DNA of 64,000 nucleotides from Polyangiaceae bacterium (lineage in GTDB: Bacteria; Myxococcota_A; Polyangia; Polyangiales; Polyangiaceae): contig CBDCTZ010000005.1 in the NCBI GenBank assembly GCA_965222375.1, forward strand, positions 480,001-544,000. The letters are read 5' to 3'. Under the pieces are notes generated by a model, which saw nothing but the letters and a program-made list of their open reading frames with translations, was not told where the DNA came from and searched no databases. How positions within the stretch are numbered: the first letter of the stretch is position 1; each line of letters opens with the position of its first letter. The position numbers and the translations under genes are program-made. Below, one piece after another: positions 50,068 through 60,864 of the stretch.

Positions 50068-50529
50068 TCAGCCCTGTTTGACAACCTCCACGCGAAGTTG
50101 AACCACGACTTCCGGGTGCAACTTCAGAGGAACTTCCGAGAGCCCCAGAGTCTTGATTGGCTCTGCCAACGTGAGCTTGCGACGGTCGAAGTTGAGCTTG
50201 TGCTGAGAAGCGTACGCTTCCTCGATATCCTTGGAGGTCACCGAGCCGTACATCTTGTTTTCTTCACCCACGGCACGCTCCAGCTTCACGCTCGCAGCCT
50301 CGAGTTTCGCCGCCAGCCCCTTGGCTTCTTGCAAGGCGCGTTCGGCCTTTTGAGAAGCGAGACGCTTGAGCTCACCAACCCGCGCCAAGCTGGCGGCGGT
50401 AGCCGGCGCCGCTAGGCCACGGGGGATCAGGAAGTTGCGAGCATATCCGGGACGCACTTTCACAACATCTCCACTACCGCCGAGATGGTCTACGTCGTCC
50501 TGCAGGACTACTTTGATCGGACTAGCCAT
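50068..50529 (-). CDS. rplI: 50S ribosomal protein L9
   Basis: KVVLQDDV..LG..GDVVKVRPGYARNFLIP.GLA; YGSVT..DI; PIKTLG. Confidence 0.97.
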   Translation of the reverse strand: MASPIKVVLQDDVDHLGGSGDVVKVRPGYARNFLIPRGLAAPATAASLARVGELKRLASQKAERALQEAKGLAAKLEAASVKLERAVGEENKMYGSVTSKDIEEAYASQHKLNFDRRKLTLAEPIKTLGLSEVPLKLHPEVVVQLRVEVVKQG

Positions 50530-50541
50530 TTTTCGTCTCCT

Positions 50542-50814
50542 TCAACTCGAAGTGAAGGGCAAGAGGGCGATGTTGCGGGACCGCTTGATCGCCACAGCCA
50601 ATTCGCGCTGGTGCTTCGCACAGGTACCGGAAATACGACGCGGCACGATCTTGCCACGCTCGGTGACGAAGTACTTGAGCGCTTGGGGGTCTTTGTAGTC
50701 GATGACCAGCTCCTCGTCGGAGCAGAAGCCACAACCACGGCGGCGACCACGACGGAATGCTCCGCCTTCCATGCCCATTCCTTTGGGGTCTTTCTTGTCG
50801 GCAAACATGTTCAT
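50542..50814 (-). CDS. rpsR: 30S ribosomal protein S18 (Zn-binding C+ form)
   Basis: [40 protein letters not shown]. Confidence 0.97.
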   Translation of the reverse strand: MNMFADKKDPKGMGMEGGAFRRGRRRGCGFCSDEELVIDYKDPQALKYFVTERGKIVPRRISGTCAKHQRELAVAIKRSRNIALLPFTSS

Positions 50815-51437
50815 GATTCTGCCCCTTCCTTGGAATCGGCCTCGGCGACCGGCTTGGCTTCCGCGTCGGCTGGCTTCGCGGCTGCGTCAGCAGCGGCTTT
50901 GGCGCCTTCTTCCGCGACAGGCGGCGGCACGGCTACCGGATTGGCAAATCCATCTTCAGCACCCTCGGCGCCACTACGCTCGTCACGCACGCGCGGGGCC
51001 CCCTCGACCAGGCCTAGCCGCTGCTCCAGGGTCTCTTCCACGTCGTCATCGGCCGGCGGCTCTACGTCGTCGAACACGACCGCTTTTGGATCAACCTTGA
51101 CGTTGGCCACGTCCACTTCATCATTGGTGAGCACAGTCTGGAACTTGATGACACTGTCGAGCATACGCAGGTTGCGCTCGAGTTCCGTTACGACTGCGCC
51201 GCGGCCCAGGTACTTGAGGTAGACGTAGACCCCGCGGCGCTGTTTGCCCACGGCGTATGCGAGCTGCCGGCGTCCCCAGCTCTCGACGGCCGTGAGGGTA
51301 CCGCCCTCTTTGCCGATTGCATCCCCGACCCGCTCGGCCACTTTTTGCGCTGCTTCTTTCGCCGTGTCAGCGCGGAGGATGTAGATGGTCTCGTATTCGC
51401 GCGGGGGCAACTTGCCCACGCTTTGGGTTGCAGACAT
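50811..51437 (-). CDS. rpsF: 30S ribosomal protein S6 with a long acidic tail
   Basis: [30 protein letters not shown]....VIKF. Confidence 0.96.
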   Translation of the reverse strand: MSATQSVGKLPPREYETIYILRADTAKEAAQKVAERVGDAIGKEGGTLTAVESWGRRQLAYAVGKQRRGVYVYLKYLGRGAVVTELERNLRMLDSVIKFQTVLTNDEVDVANVKVDPKAVVFDDVEPPADDDVEETLEQRLGLVEGAPRVRDERSGAEGAEDGFANPVAVPPPVAEEGAKAAADAAAKPADAEAKPVAEADSKEGAES

Positions 51438-51444
51438 TCTTGAT

Positions 51445-51490
51445 TGTCTCCCTTCGGACTGTTGGCCCCCACCGGGTGGGAGCAAGGAGT
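51445..51490 (-). promoter_or_regulatory. S6:S18 autoregulatory leader RNA
   Basis: Minus strand CTCCTTGCTCCCAC-ccg-GTGGGGGCCAACAGTCCGAAGGGAG: CTCCTT can pair with the SD, with a CCG in the internal loop just before the SD, as in the known rpsF leader. Confidence 0.7.
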
Positions 51491-52089
51491 CAGCGCGGAT
51501 TGCGCTGGTTCACCACATTCATCGCCGCGGCGAGGCCGGATTCGACACTGAGCATGGTGGCCTCGACGGCTCGTCCAACACTCGATTCCAGTGCTGGCCG
51601 ATCCGCAAGGGGAACGGCTTCTAGCACGAAATCCGCTACCGTCCCGACAAAAGTCGCCTCAGGACGTCCGATTCCTATCCTGAGGCGCGCATAGTCGGCG
51701 CTGCCCAGGCAATCCGTCACGCTGGACAGCCCTCGATGACCTCCAGCGCCGCCGCCCAGCTTGAGACGGAGGCTACCAAAGGGCAGGTCCAGCTCGTCGT
51801 GGACCACCAGGATCTCGGCAGGGGGCACACTGGCCTGGCGTGCCACGAACGCCACGGCCCGCCCGGATTCGTTCATGTACGTGCGTGGGGCTGCCACGAG
51901 CACGGGCACGCCGTGAACCACGGTGTGGGCCACTTGGACCAGAGAATGGCTTTCGACTCGCACGGACCCCACGCGCTGGATCAGCGCGGCGGTCGCCATT
52001 CGCCCCACGTTGTGTCGGGTCGACTCGTAGCGCGGACCGGGGTTGCCAAGCCCCACCACGATGCGAGGTTTGATTGCCGGTTCCGACAC
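51490..52089 (-). CDS. pth: Peptidyl-tRNA hydrolase
   Basis: VGLGNPG..Y..TRHNVG, P.TYMNESG, HDELDLPFG, GGHRGL, RLRIGIGRP. Confidence 0.96.
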   Translation of the reverse strand: MSEPAIKPRIVVGLGNPGPRYESTRHNVGRMATAALIQRVGSVRVESHSLVQVAHTVVHGVPVLVAAPRTYMNESGRAVAFVARQASVPPAEILVVHDELDLPFGSLRLKLGGGAGGHRGLSSVTDCLGSADYARLRIGIGRPEATFVGTVADFVLEAVPLADRPALESSVGRAVEATMLSVESGLAAAMNVVNQRNPR

Positions 52090-52128
52090 CGTGCAGGCCG
52101 CCTCTCACTCCGCTGAGCCGGGGGGCAG

Positions 52129-52800
52129 CTATTCCTTGTCTTTGCCCTCGGCGGCCGCATCGGCCGCGGCGGGCGCCGCGGCGTCGCCAGGAGCGGCTGC
52201 CGTTGCTTCGGTCGCCGCCGCTTCCTCCTCAGCCTCGACGCTCTTGCGAAGGGTAACCACCGCCGCCACGGTCTGTGCCGCGGGGAGGCGAACTTCGACG
52301 CCCTCGCCAACTTGGAGCTCTCCAGCGGCCACCGCACCGTCGATCTCCAGCGCCGTGACGTCGTGGACGATCTTGGCGGGGATGTCCTTGGGCAGGCAGC
52401 GGATGGGTAGGCGACGGAACACTTGGCGCAGCACGCCGCCCAGGACCACGCCGGCAGCCTTGCCGGACAGCTCCAGGGGCACCTCGACTTCGACCGGCTC
52501 ATCCAGAGAGATCCGGTAGAAATCCGCGTGCAAGAGCGCTCGTGAGACCGGGTGGTACTGGTAGTCGGTCAACAGACACGACATCTTGTCTTTGCCATCC
52601 ACGGATAGTTCGACCACAGAGTTGCGTCCGCGTTCCGCGTCTAGCACGTTCAGAACATCTTTCGGCGCGATGGCAACCGGCACGGCAGGCTCTCCCTTGC
52701 CGTAGGTGACCGCGGGGATCTTGCCCGCAGCACGCAAGCGCTTGGCAACACCCTTGCCCTGGGCCTCTCGACGAGTAGCTTCGATTTTCACGGTTTCCAT
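52129..52800 (-). CDS. rplY: 50S ribosomal protein L25/Ctc
   Basis: GKG..KRLR..GKIPAV.YG, QYHPV....HADF, GV..GG.L, CLP.DIP..I..DV..L. Confidence 0.95.
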   Translation of the reverse strand: METVKIEATRREAQGKGVAKRLRAAGKIPAVTYGKGEPAVPVAIAPKDVLNVLDAERGRNSVVELSVDGKDKMSCLLTDYQYHPVSRALLHADFYRISLDEPVEVEVPLELSGKAAGVVLGGVLRQVFRRLPIRCLPKDIPAKIVHDVTALEIDGAVAAGELQVGEGVEVRLPAAQTVAAVVTLRKSVEAEEEAAATEATAAAPGDAAAPAAADAAAEGKDKE

Positions 52801-52832
52801 GACTCTTCTCTTCTTCTTTGCTGGCGGTGTCG

Positions 52833-53780
52833 TCACACGAATAGCGAGCTGACGCTATCGCTGTTGTGGATTCGCCGAATGGCCTCCCCCAACAGGCGCC
52901 CGATGGACAACACTCGAATCTTCTCGCACGCCTTCGCTTCGGTCGAAGGCGGAATTGAATTGGTCACGACGACCTCGGCTAGCTTGGACTCGGCAATACG
53001 TTGCACGGCCGGACCAGAGAGCACGCCGTGGGTCGCACAAGCCACCACACTCTTCGCACCCGCTTCCATCACGGCTTCTGCCGCATTGCACAGCGTACCA
53101 GCGGTATCGATCATGTCGTCTACGATGATGCAATCCCGGCCATCGACGTCACCGATGATATGCATGACTTCGCTGACGTTGGCCTGCTCACGACGCTTGT
53201 CGATAATCGCCAAAGAAGCGTGCATTCGCTTCGAGTACGCGCGGGCACGCTCCACGCCGCCAGCATCCGGAGACACGAAAACCGCGTTCTCGTCGAACCG
53301 CACGCGCAAGTAATCCTCCAACATCACCGGCAGTGCGTAGAGATGGTCGAAGGGGATGTTGAAGAATCCTTGAATTTGACCTGCGTGCAAATCCACACAC
53401 AGCACGCGGTTGACTCCCGCAGCGACCAACAAGTCGGCTACAAGTTTGGAGGTGATCGGTGTTCGTGGCGCGACCTTGCGGTCCTGTCGCGCGTAGCCGT
53501 AGTAAGGAATGACCGCGGTGATGGAGGCTGAAGAGGCGCGCCTCAGCGCGTCACACAGGATCAGCAGCTCCATCAGATTGTCGTTGACGGGTGAGCACGT
53601 GGGCTGAACGACATAAGTGTCCAGCCCGCGGACATTTTCCCGTATCTCACAGAAGGTCTCGCCGTCACTGAACCGGGATACGCGCACCTCACCTAGCGGC
53701 GTAGCCAAGACCTGGCCGATCTCTTCGGAGAGTTCCGGATGGGCATTACCCGTAAATAGACAGACTCGTTTGACGGCCAC
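52833..53780 (-). CDS. prs: Ribose-phosphate pyrophosphokinase
   Basis: [48 protein letters not shown]. Confidence 0.97.
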   Translation of the reverse strand: MAVKRVCLFTGNAHPELSEEIGQVLATPLGEVRVSRFSDGETFCEIRENVRGLDTYVVQPTCSPVNDNLMELLILCDALRRASSASITAVIPYYGYARQDRKVAPRTPITSKLVADLLVAAGVNRVLCVDLHAGQIQGFFNIPFDHLYALPVMLEDYLRVRFDENAVFVSPDAGGVERARAYSKRMHASLAIIDKRREQANVSEVMHIIGDVDGRDCIIVDDMIDTAGTLCNAAEAVMEAGAKSVVACATHGVLSGPAVQRIAESKLAEVVVTNSIPPSTEAKACEKIRVLSIGRLLGEAIRRIHNSDSVSSLFV

Positions 53781-53899
53781 TGCCCGGTCTTCCTGGGTCA
53801 AGCGGGTTCCGATGCCCAGAGGCGCAGAACCCATAAAAATGGGCGCCGACAGGTAGCAGTCGGCCCCCCCACTGTCAACGAGACCCGGGGCGCCCGGGC

Positions 53900-55378
53900 T
53901 CAGCGATAGGGATTGCTGGGTAGGTCGTCGCCGCCCTTGGGCCCGGGTTTTGGCCCAGCTTGGGGGCGGGGAGCAGGACGTTGAACCGGTCGCTTGGTCT
54001 CGGCAGGCGCCGGCGGCAGGGCTGACGGTTCCACTGAGGGTGTATCCGGGGTTTCAGCGGCCGAAGGCGTGAGGGCGGGCGCCGCCGCCGAAGTTTCCGC
54101 GGCGGCGGGGGTCGCTGACAGAACCGGCGGCGTGGATGTATCGGCCGCGACGGGCGCGTTCCAAAGTCCGCGGCGGCCCAGCCACCAGGCGAGAGCCGCA
54201 ACACCCACTAGAGCCAGGAGCCCCAAGACGAGCCAGAGGGCCGAGCGCCGACGCGGAGCCGGCGCCGGCTCGACCATTTGAGAGCGGACGCTGGGCGTAG
54301 CCATTTGCGTCACGCCGGAGCGATCCATGCCGCTACTCACGGGGCCAGCAGTGGGCAGCTGAATCTGACTCGGTTCGCTCCGCGCCAACCAAGCGCGTAC
54401 GGCGTCGCGTTGCTGGCCGATCTCGTTGCCGATGACCTCGGACACGTAGGAGGCCAGCTCCTTACTGGACGCGAGCTTGTCAGCGCTGTTGGCAGCGCGC
54501 TCCAAAGCGTCCGCGAAATGAGCGCAGGTAGGGAAACGAGCTACGGGATCCCGCTGCAACGCCTTCATCACGACGTCCCCGATCTCCCGCGGTACGTCCG
54601 TGGCGACCTCGCAAACGTCGGGGATTTCCTCGGTCAGCACCCGAGACAGGGTTGCCGCCTCGTTTTCCGATTTGAACAACCGACGCCCAGCTAGAACTTC
54701 CCAAAGTACGATCCCGGCGGCGAAGACATCCGCGCGGCGGTCGATGTCGCTCTTGCCCATGGCTTGCTCTGGAGCCATGTAGGCGATCTTGCCTTTGAGC
54801 TGGCCAACCCGGGTGGCGCTGAGGCGCGTGGCTGCCCGCGCCACACCGAAATCCGTGATGCGACAAATGCCGTCGAGACCGACCAAGACGTTTTGAGGGG
54901 AAACGTCTCGATGAACGAGTTCCGTGAGCTGGCCCATCTCGTCCTTCAGCTCGTGCGCCGCGTGCAGTCCGGTTAGGGTGTCCAGCACTATCTTGAGGGC
55001 AACCGGTCTGGGAAGTCGCTGACCGCTCGTCGCGGCGCGCGCCAAAAGCCGCGCGAGGGTATCTCCCTCGATGTACTCCATACCGAGGTAGTAGCCACGC
55101 TCACTGGCACCCACTTCCAAGATGCTCACGACGTTCGGGTGGTGGATACCGGCGGCCAAGCGCGCCTCATCCAGGAACATCTCGACGAACTCTTGCTCTC
55201 CGGCCAAGTGAGGGTGCAAGCGTTTGATGGCGACGAACTTCTGGAATCCGCCCATGCCACTGAGGCGAGCCAGAAAAACCGTAGCCATCCCGCCCGAAGC
55301 GATTTCGGCGACAAGCTCGTAGCGATCGATATGTTGTCGACCCTCGAGGCGTACGTCGATCAACTTTGCGGCAACCAC
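53900..55378 (-). CDS. Hanks-type Ser/Thr kinase with a TM segment and a Pro-rich external tail
   Basis: [51 protein letters not shown]; ends PSNPYR. Confidence 0.95.
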   Translation of the reverse strand: MVAAKLIDVRLEGRQHIDRYELVAEIASGGMATVFLARLSGMGGFQKFVAIKRLHPHLAGEQEFVEMFLDEARLAAGIHHPNVVSILEVGASERGYYLGMEYIEGDTLARLLARAATSGQRLPRPVALKIVLDTLTGLHAAHELKDEMGQLTELVHRDVSPQNVLVGLDGICRITDFGVARAATRLSATRVGQLKGKIAYMAPEQAMGKSDIDRRADVFAAGIVLWEVLAGRRLFKSENEAATLSRVLTEEIPDVCEVATDVPREIGDVVMKALQRDPVARFPTCAHFADALERAANSADKLASSKELASYVSEVIGNEIGQQRDAVRAWLARSEPSQIQLPTAGPVSSGMDRSGVTQMATPSVRSQMVEPAPAPRRRSALWLVLGLLALVGVAALAWWLGRRGLWNAPVAADTSTPPVLSATPAAAETSAAAPALTPSAAETPDTPSVEPSALPPAPAETKRPVQRPAPRPQAGPKPGPKGGDDLPSNPYR

Positions 55379-56392
55379 TCAGAAGCTCCCGCGGGCCCCC
55401 ACGCTGGCGCCACCCACGACGTTCACGAAGGGCTCGACTTTCGCGCTTTTGGTGGAGTCACCTCCGCTCCAGTCGGTGAAAAACGCTCCAATCACACCAG
55501 AAACGACCCCGAGACCCGCAGTGACTCCAATCAACACATTGGTTCGACGCTGACGGCTAAGTCCGTCTTGGTACAAATCGCAATCTGTGCCCTGCCCGGC
55601 ACATTCTTCCCGCACCCGGTCGACGCCCGGGTTGTTCTGGGTATCCAGTCCGCTCCACACTGTCGCGGCCCCCGCAGCCACCGTGAGGCCAGCTCCGATG
55701 AAGAACACCGCGGGAGGCAGGCCAGATCCGGATTGGGAGGTCGGCCCAGGGTCTGGACCCGGCTCCGGTGACTTCGGCCCCGCAGGCTTGCTCGAGCCGG
55801 GGTCCGCTCCAGGCGTGACCGGTGCTTTCGCCTCTTCCGGGGGGGCCTCGAAACTGAGATCACTCTTGCCCCCCTTCTTGGCCTCGATGGACTCGGATAC
55901 AGAGCGCCCGCCGGACCAACCCGCTCGGATTTCATGTTTGCCAAGCCTTACGAAGACGGTGCGACGCTCCGCAGAGCCGCCGTGGACCAACTTGGTACCC
56001 ACGACGATATCGCATGCGGGCTGGCAGTCGACCCGTACACGGTGCAGCGCTTTCTCGGCGCGTTGCAGCACCGGACTGGCAAGCTCCGCAAGCTTCTTGT
56101 CCGTCGGATGCCGATCGAGGGCCAATGCCGCAAGCGTGGCGGCTCGATCCAGTTGTTTGGCCTTGCTGCGCGCGCGAATGGCCAATTCCAGAGTGACCGA
56201 CGCCGGTGCATACCGGTCCGCAGTTTCGAAGTGCTCGGCTGCCGCGACCCACTCACGATCTTTGTAGGCTCGTTTGCCCTGGTCGAACGCGTCCCCCGCG
56301 AGCTTCACATCCTCAGCAGACGGCGCCGCCCACACCGGCACCGCAAGAGCACAGACCAATAGCCCTACCCGAAGTGCTGATAGTCGCCTCAA
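55379..56392 (-). CDS. Exported TPR plus PEGA-like protein with a C-terminal TM hairpin
   Basis: Signal peptide; AFDQGKRAY....VAAAEHFE.A; beta domain with GKHEIRA; two TM segments around a Cys pair. Confidence 0.78.
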   Translation of the reverse strand: MRRLSALRVGLLVCALAVPVWAAPSAEDVKLAGDAFDQGKRAYKDREWVAAAEHFETADRYAPASVTLELAIRARSKAKQLDRAATLAALALDRHPTDKKLAELASPVLQRAEKALHRVRVDCQPACDIVVGTKLVHGGSAERRTVFVRLGKHEIRAGWSGGRSVSESIEAKKGGKSDLSFEAPPEEAKAPVTPGADPGSSKPAGPKSPEPGPDPGPTSQSGSGLPPAVFFIGAGLTVAAGAATVWSGLDTQNNPGVDRVREECAGQGTDCDLYQDGLSRQRRTNVLIGVTAGLGVVSGVIGAFFTDWSGGDSTKSAKVEPFVNVVGGASVGARGSF

Positions 56393-56503
56393 GCTGCCCT
56401 CTCCACGATCCGTTTCTCCGCGGTCGACAGGCTACCGCGGATCCGCGCATTCGGCGAGGAAGGCGCATCGCAACGGACCTTCGAGGTCTTACCTTTACTT
56501 ACA

Positions 56504-57901
56504 TCAGCTCATCGAGACCAAAAGGCGATCGGGCTCCTCGAGAAGCTCGATGATGGTTCGGGCGAAGGCCGCCCCTACGTGACCATCGATCAAACGATGG
56601 TCGAAGCTGAGGGAAAGCAACATCACCTCGCCAATCACGATTTGGTCGCCCTGCACTACGGGGCGCTTCTTCATCTCGTGAACGCCGAGGATTGCGACCT
56701 CCGGGTAGTTGATGATGGGCGTCGCGAATAGGCCTCCCAACTTGCCCAGCGACGTGATCGTGAAGCTCGAACCACCGAGGTCTTCCATCCGCAACTTCCC
56801 GGAGCGAGCATCCTCCGCCAGGCGCTCTAGCTCTCGAGCGATGTCGAGAATGCTGAGGCGATCTACTTCCCGCAACACAGGCACTATCAGGCCAGCGTCA
56901 GTGGCTGCCGCAATGCCGATGTCGTAGCTGTCCTTGAGCACCATCTCTTGTTTTTCATCGTCGACTAGGCCGTTGAGAGTCGGATGCTGTTTCAGCGCAG
57001 CGACTACCGCCTTGATGATGAACGGCAGGAAGCTGAGCTTGATGCCGTCGCGCTCCGCGATGGCCTTCGTTCGTGCTCGCAACGCCCGCAGTGCCGTCAC
57101 GTCACACTCATCCACGTAGGTGAAGTGCGCGGCCGTATGCATCGAGCGCGACATGTTCTCGTAGATCCGTCGACGCACGCCCCGGATCGGAACGCGCTGC
57201 TCTGCCCCTGTCGGCGTCCGAGGCGGCTGCCGACGCACCGGAGGCGCACCAGGCTTGGGCGCTGGGCGCAGCGTGACCGCGGACTGGTCAACGCCGCTCG
57301 AGCTCTGCGGGGACGCGGCGACGGCGCCGCTCGCGAAGCGCTCCACATCCTCTCGGGTCACCCGCCCCGCGGGGCCGGTGGGCGGCACCTGCCTTAGGTC
57401 TACCCCGATTTCCCTCGCGTATTTTCGGGTCGCGGGAGCCGCCAAGGGTTTCTCGGCAAAGTAGCCGGCAGACCCCTGCACGCTGATCTCGGGAGCCCTG
57501 GGTGCCCGGGGAACACTCATGCCGGGCAAAGACTCTTTGATGTCACCGACGGCCGTCGCCGCGGGGCCATCGTCCTTCTTCTCTGCAGCGGCAGCACCGT
57601 TTCCCGACGGCCCCTTGGGCCTCGCGATGGTTGGCGCGACCGCCACGCCGGCTTCGGATAGCTCCAGCACGATCAAGACATTGCCCACGGGGACGATGTC
57701 GCCTTCGCCCCCACCGAGTTCCACCACCTTGCCCGCTTTTGGAGCGCCGATGGTGACGGTCGCCTTGTCGGTCATGACCTCGACCATTTCTTGGTCCTCA
57801 ACCAAGGAATCGCCAACGCTGACCAACCAACTGACGATCTCCCCCTCGGTGACGCCTTCACCGATGTCGGGCAGCTTGAACTCGTACCGTTCCATGCTCA
57901 T
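56504..57901 (-). CDS. 2-oxo-acid dehydrogenase E2 (dihydrolipoamide acyltransferase)
   Basis: Lipoyl domain LPDIGEGV.EGEI...MTDKA; E3-binding AAPATRKYARE; catalytic FDHRLIDG. Confidence 0.96.
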   Translation of the reverse strand: MSMERYEFKLPDIGEGVTEGEIVSWLVSVGDSLVEDQEMVEVMTDKATVTIGAPKAGKVVELGGGEGDIVPVGNVLIVLELSEAGVAVAPTIARPKGPSGNGAAAAEKKDDGPAATAVGDIKESLPGMSVPRAPRAPEISVQGSAGYFAEKPLAAPATRKYAREIGVDLRQVPPTGPAGRVTREDVERFASGAVAASPQSSSGVDQSAVTLRPAPKPGAPPVRRQPPRTPTGAEQRVPIRGVRRRIYENMSRSMHTAAHFTYVDECDVTALRALRARTKAIAERDGIKLSFLPFIIKAVVAALKQHPTLNGLVDDEKQEMVLKDSYDIGIAAATDAGLIVPVLREVDRLSILDIARELERLAEDARSGKLRMEDLGGSSFTITSLGKLGGLFATPIINYPEVAILGVHEMKKRPVVQGDQIVIGEVMLLSLSFDHRLIDGHVGAAFARTIIELLEEPDRLLVSMS

Positions 57902-57914
57902 TCATCCTTGCAGT

Positions 57915-58889
57915 TCAGGCGCGTGCCGTTTCCAAAACGGCGGGCACAATGCGGTGAGATAACGGGAGGTATTCCATCTCGAGGGCGTAGGGAAAGGGGG
58001 TATCAAAACCCGTCACACGGCGTGGTGGTGCCTCCAGGTGATAGAACACTTTCTCGCAGATCAGGCTGACGAGCTCAGACCCGAAACCACACGTCTTCGG
58101 TGCTTCGTGGACGATTACGACCCGCCCAGTTTTCTTGACACTCTCCACGACAGTCGTGACATCCAGGGGCCATAGAGTACGCAGATCGATGACCTCGGAA
58201 TCCACCCCTTCTGCCGCGACCTTATCCGCGGCATCCAGGCTCTCGTACAACATCGCTCCGTAGGTGATGATCGTAACGTCGCCCCCTGTGCGTGCAACGG
58301 AAGCACTCTCGAGGGGCACACTGTAGTCACCCTCGGGCACGTCGCCCTTGGCTGCACGATAGATGCGTTTGGGCTCGAAAAAGAGCACTGGATCCGGATC
58401 CGCAATGGCGGAGAGCAGTAGGCCCTTCGCATCGTAAGGGTTGGTTGGACACACCACCTTCAAGCCCGCGACATGAATGAAGTGCGCCTCCGGGTGCTGC
58501 GAATGGTAGTGCCCGCCACGAATACCGCCGCCCACTGGCGTGCGGATCACCATCTTGCAAGGATACTCCCCGCCGGAGCGGTAGCGGTACTTCGCAATCT
58601 CACTGATTATCTGATCGTACGCCGGCCAAATGAAGTCCGAAAACTGAATCTCCGGAATGGGCACCATGCCGTAGAGCGCCATGCCAACGGCGGTCCCGAT
58701 GATGCCGCCCTCGGACAGGGGAGTATCGATGACACGGTCATCGCCAAACTCGTCGAACAGACCGGCTGTCACGCGAAACACCCCACCTACTTTGCCGACA
58801 TCTTCACCCATGAGGATGACCTTGTCGTTTTCCGTCATGGCGATGCGCAGTGCGTCGTTGATGGCCTGCACCATGTTCATTTGCGGCAT
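57915..58889 (-). CDS. 2-oxo-acid dehydrogenase E1 beta (branched-chain/pyruvate type)
   Basis: GEDVG..GGVFR, DTPLSE, EIQF.DF, GGHYHSQ, IDLRTL.P. Confidence 0.96.
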   Translation of the reverse strand: MPQMNMVQAINDALRIAMTENDKVILMGEDVGKVGGVFRVTAGLFDEFGDDRVIDTPLSEGGIIGTAVGMALYGMVPIPEIQFSDFIWPAYDQIISEIAKYRYRSGGEYPCKMVIRTPVGGGIRGGHYHSQHPEAHFIHVAGLKVVCPTNPYDAKGLLLSAIADPDPVLFFEPKRIYRAAKGDVPEGDYSVPLESASVARTGGDVTIITYGAMLYESLDAADKVAAEGVDSEVIDLRTLWPLDVTTVVESVKKTGRVVIVHEAPKTCGFGSELVSLICEKVFYHLEAPPRRVTGFDTPFPYALEMEYLPLSHRIVPAVLETARA

Positions 58890-58943
58890 GGTCGAATTCT
58901 CCGAATAACTCTCAAGAAGGGTGGTGTAAGCGCCCGCTGGTAC

Positions 58944-60074
58944 TCAGTGCGCGGAGGGTGCTCGAGGACCGCTGAGGAGTTCCTGTTTTTGCTCCTCGAG
59001 GAACCACGGCAGCTTCGCGAAGACTTCCTCGAAGAGGGTCTCGAGCGCAGGACCCGACGTGTTCTCGGCGCGAGTCACGGCGTCCTTGATTTGTTGGTCG
59101 ATTTCCCCACGCAACGTCTCTTCCTTGCCGTCATCCCAGTGCCCGCCCCGCTCCAGGTGCCCGCGCAGGCGCTCCAGGGGGTCTCGGGTTACCCAAGGTT
59201 CCAGCTCGTTCTGGGTCCGATAGCGAGTGGGATCGTCGCTCGTGGAATGGCCACCCATGCGATAGGTGATCGCCTCGATCAGCGTTGGTCCCTTGCCTGC
59301 GGCGGCGTGTTCCACGGCCCGCCGCGTGACGTCGATCACTGCGAAAATGTCGTTGCCATCCACACGAACCCCGGGAACCCCGTAGGCGATGCCCTTCTGG
59401 GCGAAGGTGCGGCTTGCGGTTTGCCGTTCCACCGGCACACTGATCGCCCAACCGTTGTTGCGGCAGAAGAAGATCACCGGCGCGCCGAACACACCTGCAA
59501 AGTTCAGCCCATTGTGGAACTCGTTGGAACTCGTGCAGCCATCCCCGAAGTAGACCAGACACGCCAGGTCATCCTTCCGAATCTTGGCGGCCCAAGCGAA
59601 TCCCGTGGCCTGGGTGATCTGGGTTCCGATCGGCGAGCTCACCGAGCCAAATTTTGCAGCACGACACGTGTAGTGGTCGGGCATTTGCCGCCCCTTTACA
59701 AGATCGTTCTCGTTGCCGTACATGTTGTCGATGTAGCGTTGAAACTCAAAGCCCCGCAATAAGCCAGCACCGAACTCCCGATAGCAGGGGAACACCCAGT
59801 CTTGCTTCCGCATCGCGAAGGCCGAGCCGATGATGGCGGCTTCCTCGCCGAGAGAGCCGATGTGGAATCCAATTCGGCCCTGACGCTGAAGAGTGACCAA
59901 CCGTTCATCGGTGATGCGTGTGAACACCATGTGCCGATAGAGGTGCAAGATCTCTTCGACTGAAAGCTTGGGGTCATGCTTGGGGTCGAGGCTGCCGTCT
60001 TCGCGGAGCACCCGCACCACATCGCCGGGGGCGCGGCCCGCGCCAGAAACTGTCGGAGCTGCAGTCGTCGTCAT
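58944..60074 (-). CDS. 2-oxo-acid dehydrogenase E1 alpha (branched-chain/pyruvate type)
   Basis: LQRQGRIGF, GRQMPDH, GDG...NN TPP motif, HSTSDDP. Confidence 0.96.
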   Translation of the reverse strand: MTTTAAPTVSGAGRAPGDVVRVLREDGSLDPKHDPKLSVEEILHLYRHMVFTRITDERLVTLQRQGRIGFHIGSLGEEAAIIGSAFAMRKQDWVFPCYREFGAGLLRGFEFQRYIDNMYGNENDLVKGRQMPDHYTCRAAKFGSVSSPIGTQITQATGFAWAAKIRKDDLACLVYFGDGCTSSNEFHNGLNFAGVFGAPVIFFCRNNGWAISVPVERQTASRTFAQKGIAYGVPGVRVDGNDIFAVIDVTRRAVEHAAAGKGPTLIEAITYRMGGHSTSDDPTRYRTQNELEPWVTRDPLERLRGHLERGGHWDDGKEETLRGEIDQQIKDAVTRAENTSGPALETLFEEVFAKLPWFLEEQKQELLSGPRAPSAH

Positions 60075-60239
60075 TTATCTTCCTGCGTGCCGCTCGGATT
60101 CTCGCGGCTGGCAGAGCCTAGTCGATACTGGGCGCTGGCGAAAAGCCCGAAGAGAACCGACAACTGCGCGACCGGGGACGTCCAATTTGGCCGGGTTTTG
60201 ACAGCCTTGGCGTACGCCGCAACGCGTCGATCTTCAGGC

Positions 60240-60809
60240 TCAATCGCCGAGCGCCTGCTCGGCCTCGCTGAGCGCGCGCTTCAAGGCATTTGCGTCCGAA
60301 CCGAAACTCTCCGTCAGCTTTTCGAGCACGTCGCGCTCCTCGGCACTGACGCCACCCGACACATGTGCCAGGAGAGCCGCGACTCTGAGAACTTCCTGAG
60401 CATGTTCTGGTTTGGATACGGTGCGCGAGACCATCTTGACGCGCTTGTCGATGCCATCTTCGTGCATCTGGTCTTCCAAATCGGCGACCAGGGCGTGCAC
60501 CTGCCCCTGTCCCACGACGCCCTCGCAAGCAGAAAGCACGACGTGCTCGAAGGCGGCACGCTCTGTTGGGTCGAAATCGCCATCCGCATTGGCAACCAGA
60601 AACGCGGCCTCCACCACCGCTTCGAACAGCGCTGCCGCGTCGGGATCGAATCCTGTAGGCTGCGTGATGTCGTCTTCGGTCGGCTGGGAGCCGTAGGAGG
60701 CCGCCGCCACGGTCAGGATGGAGGACTTGGTTCCCTCTTCGGCGTACGAAGGCGGCAAGCTGAGTTTGGTGGCCACTCGCTCGAGCAAACTCTGGTCGGG
60801 GGCGGTCAT
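60240..60809 (-). CDS. TerB-family protein
   Basis: AFLVANADGDFDPTERAA and LAHVSGGVSAEERDVL..L...G. Confidence 0.8.
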   Translation of the reverse strand: MTAPDQSLLERVATKLSLPPSYAEEGTKSSILTVAAASYGSQPTEDDITQPTGFDPDAAALFEAVVEAAFLVANADGDFDPTERAAFEHVVLSACEGVVGQGQVHALVADLEDQMHEDGIDKRVKMVSRTVSKPEHAQEVLRVAALLAHVSGGVSAEERDVLEKLTESFGSDANALKRALSEAEQALGD

Positions 60810-60864
60810 GGGGTAGGCGTCCTTCGTTAAGCGCCGCGCAGCCTAGCCGAAACCGCGCGGCGCG

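Noticed and set aside
53781..53899. tRNA-Gln often found upstream of prs
   Set aside because: No cloverleaf or T-loop motif on either strand.
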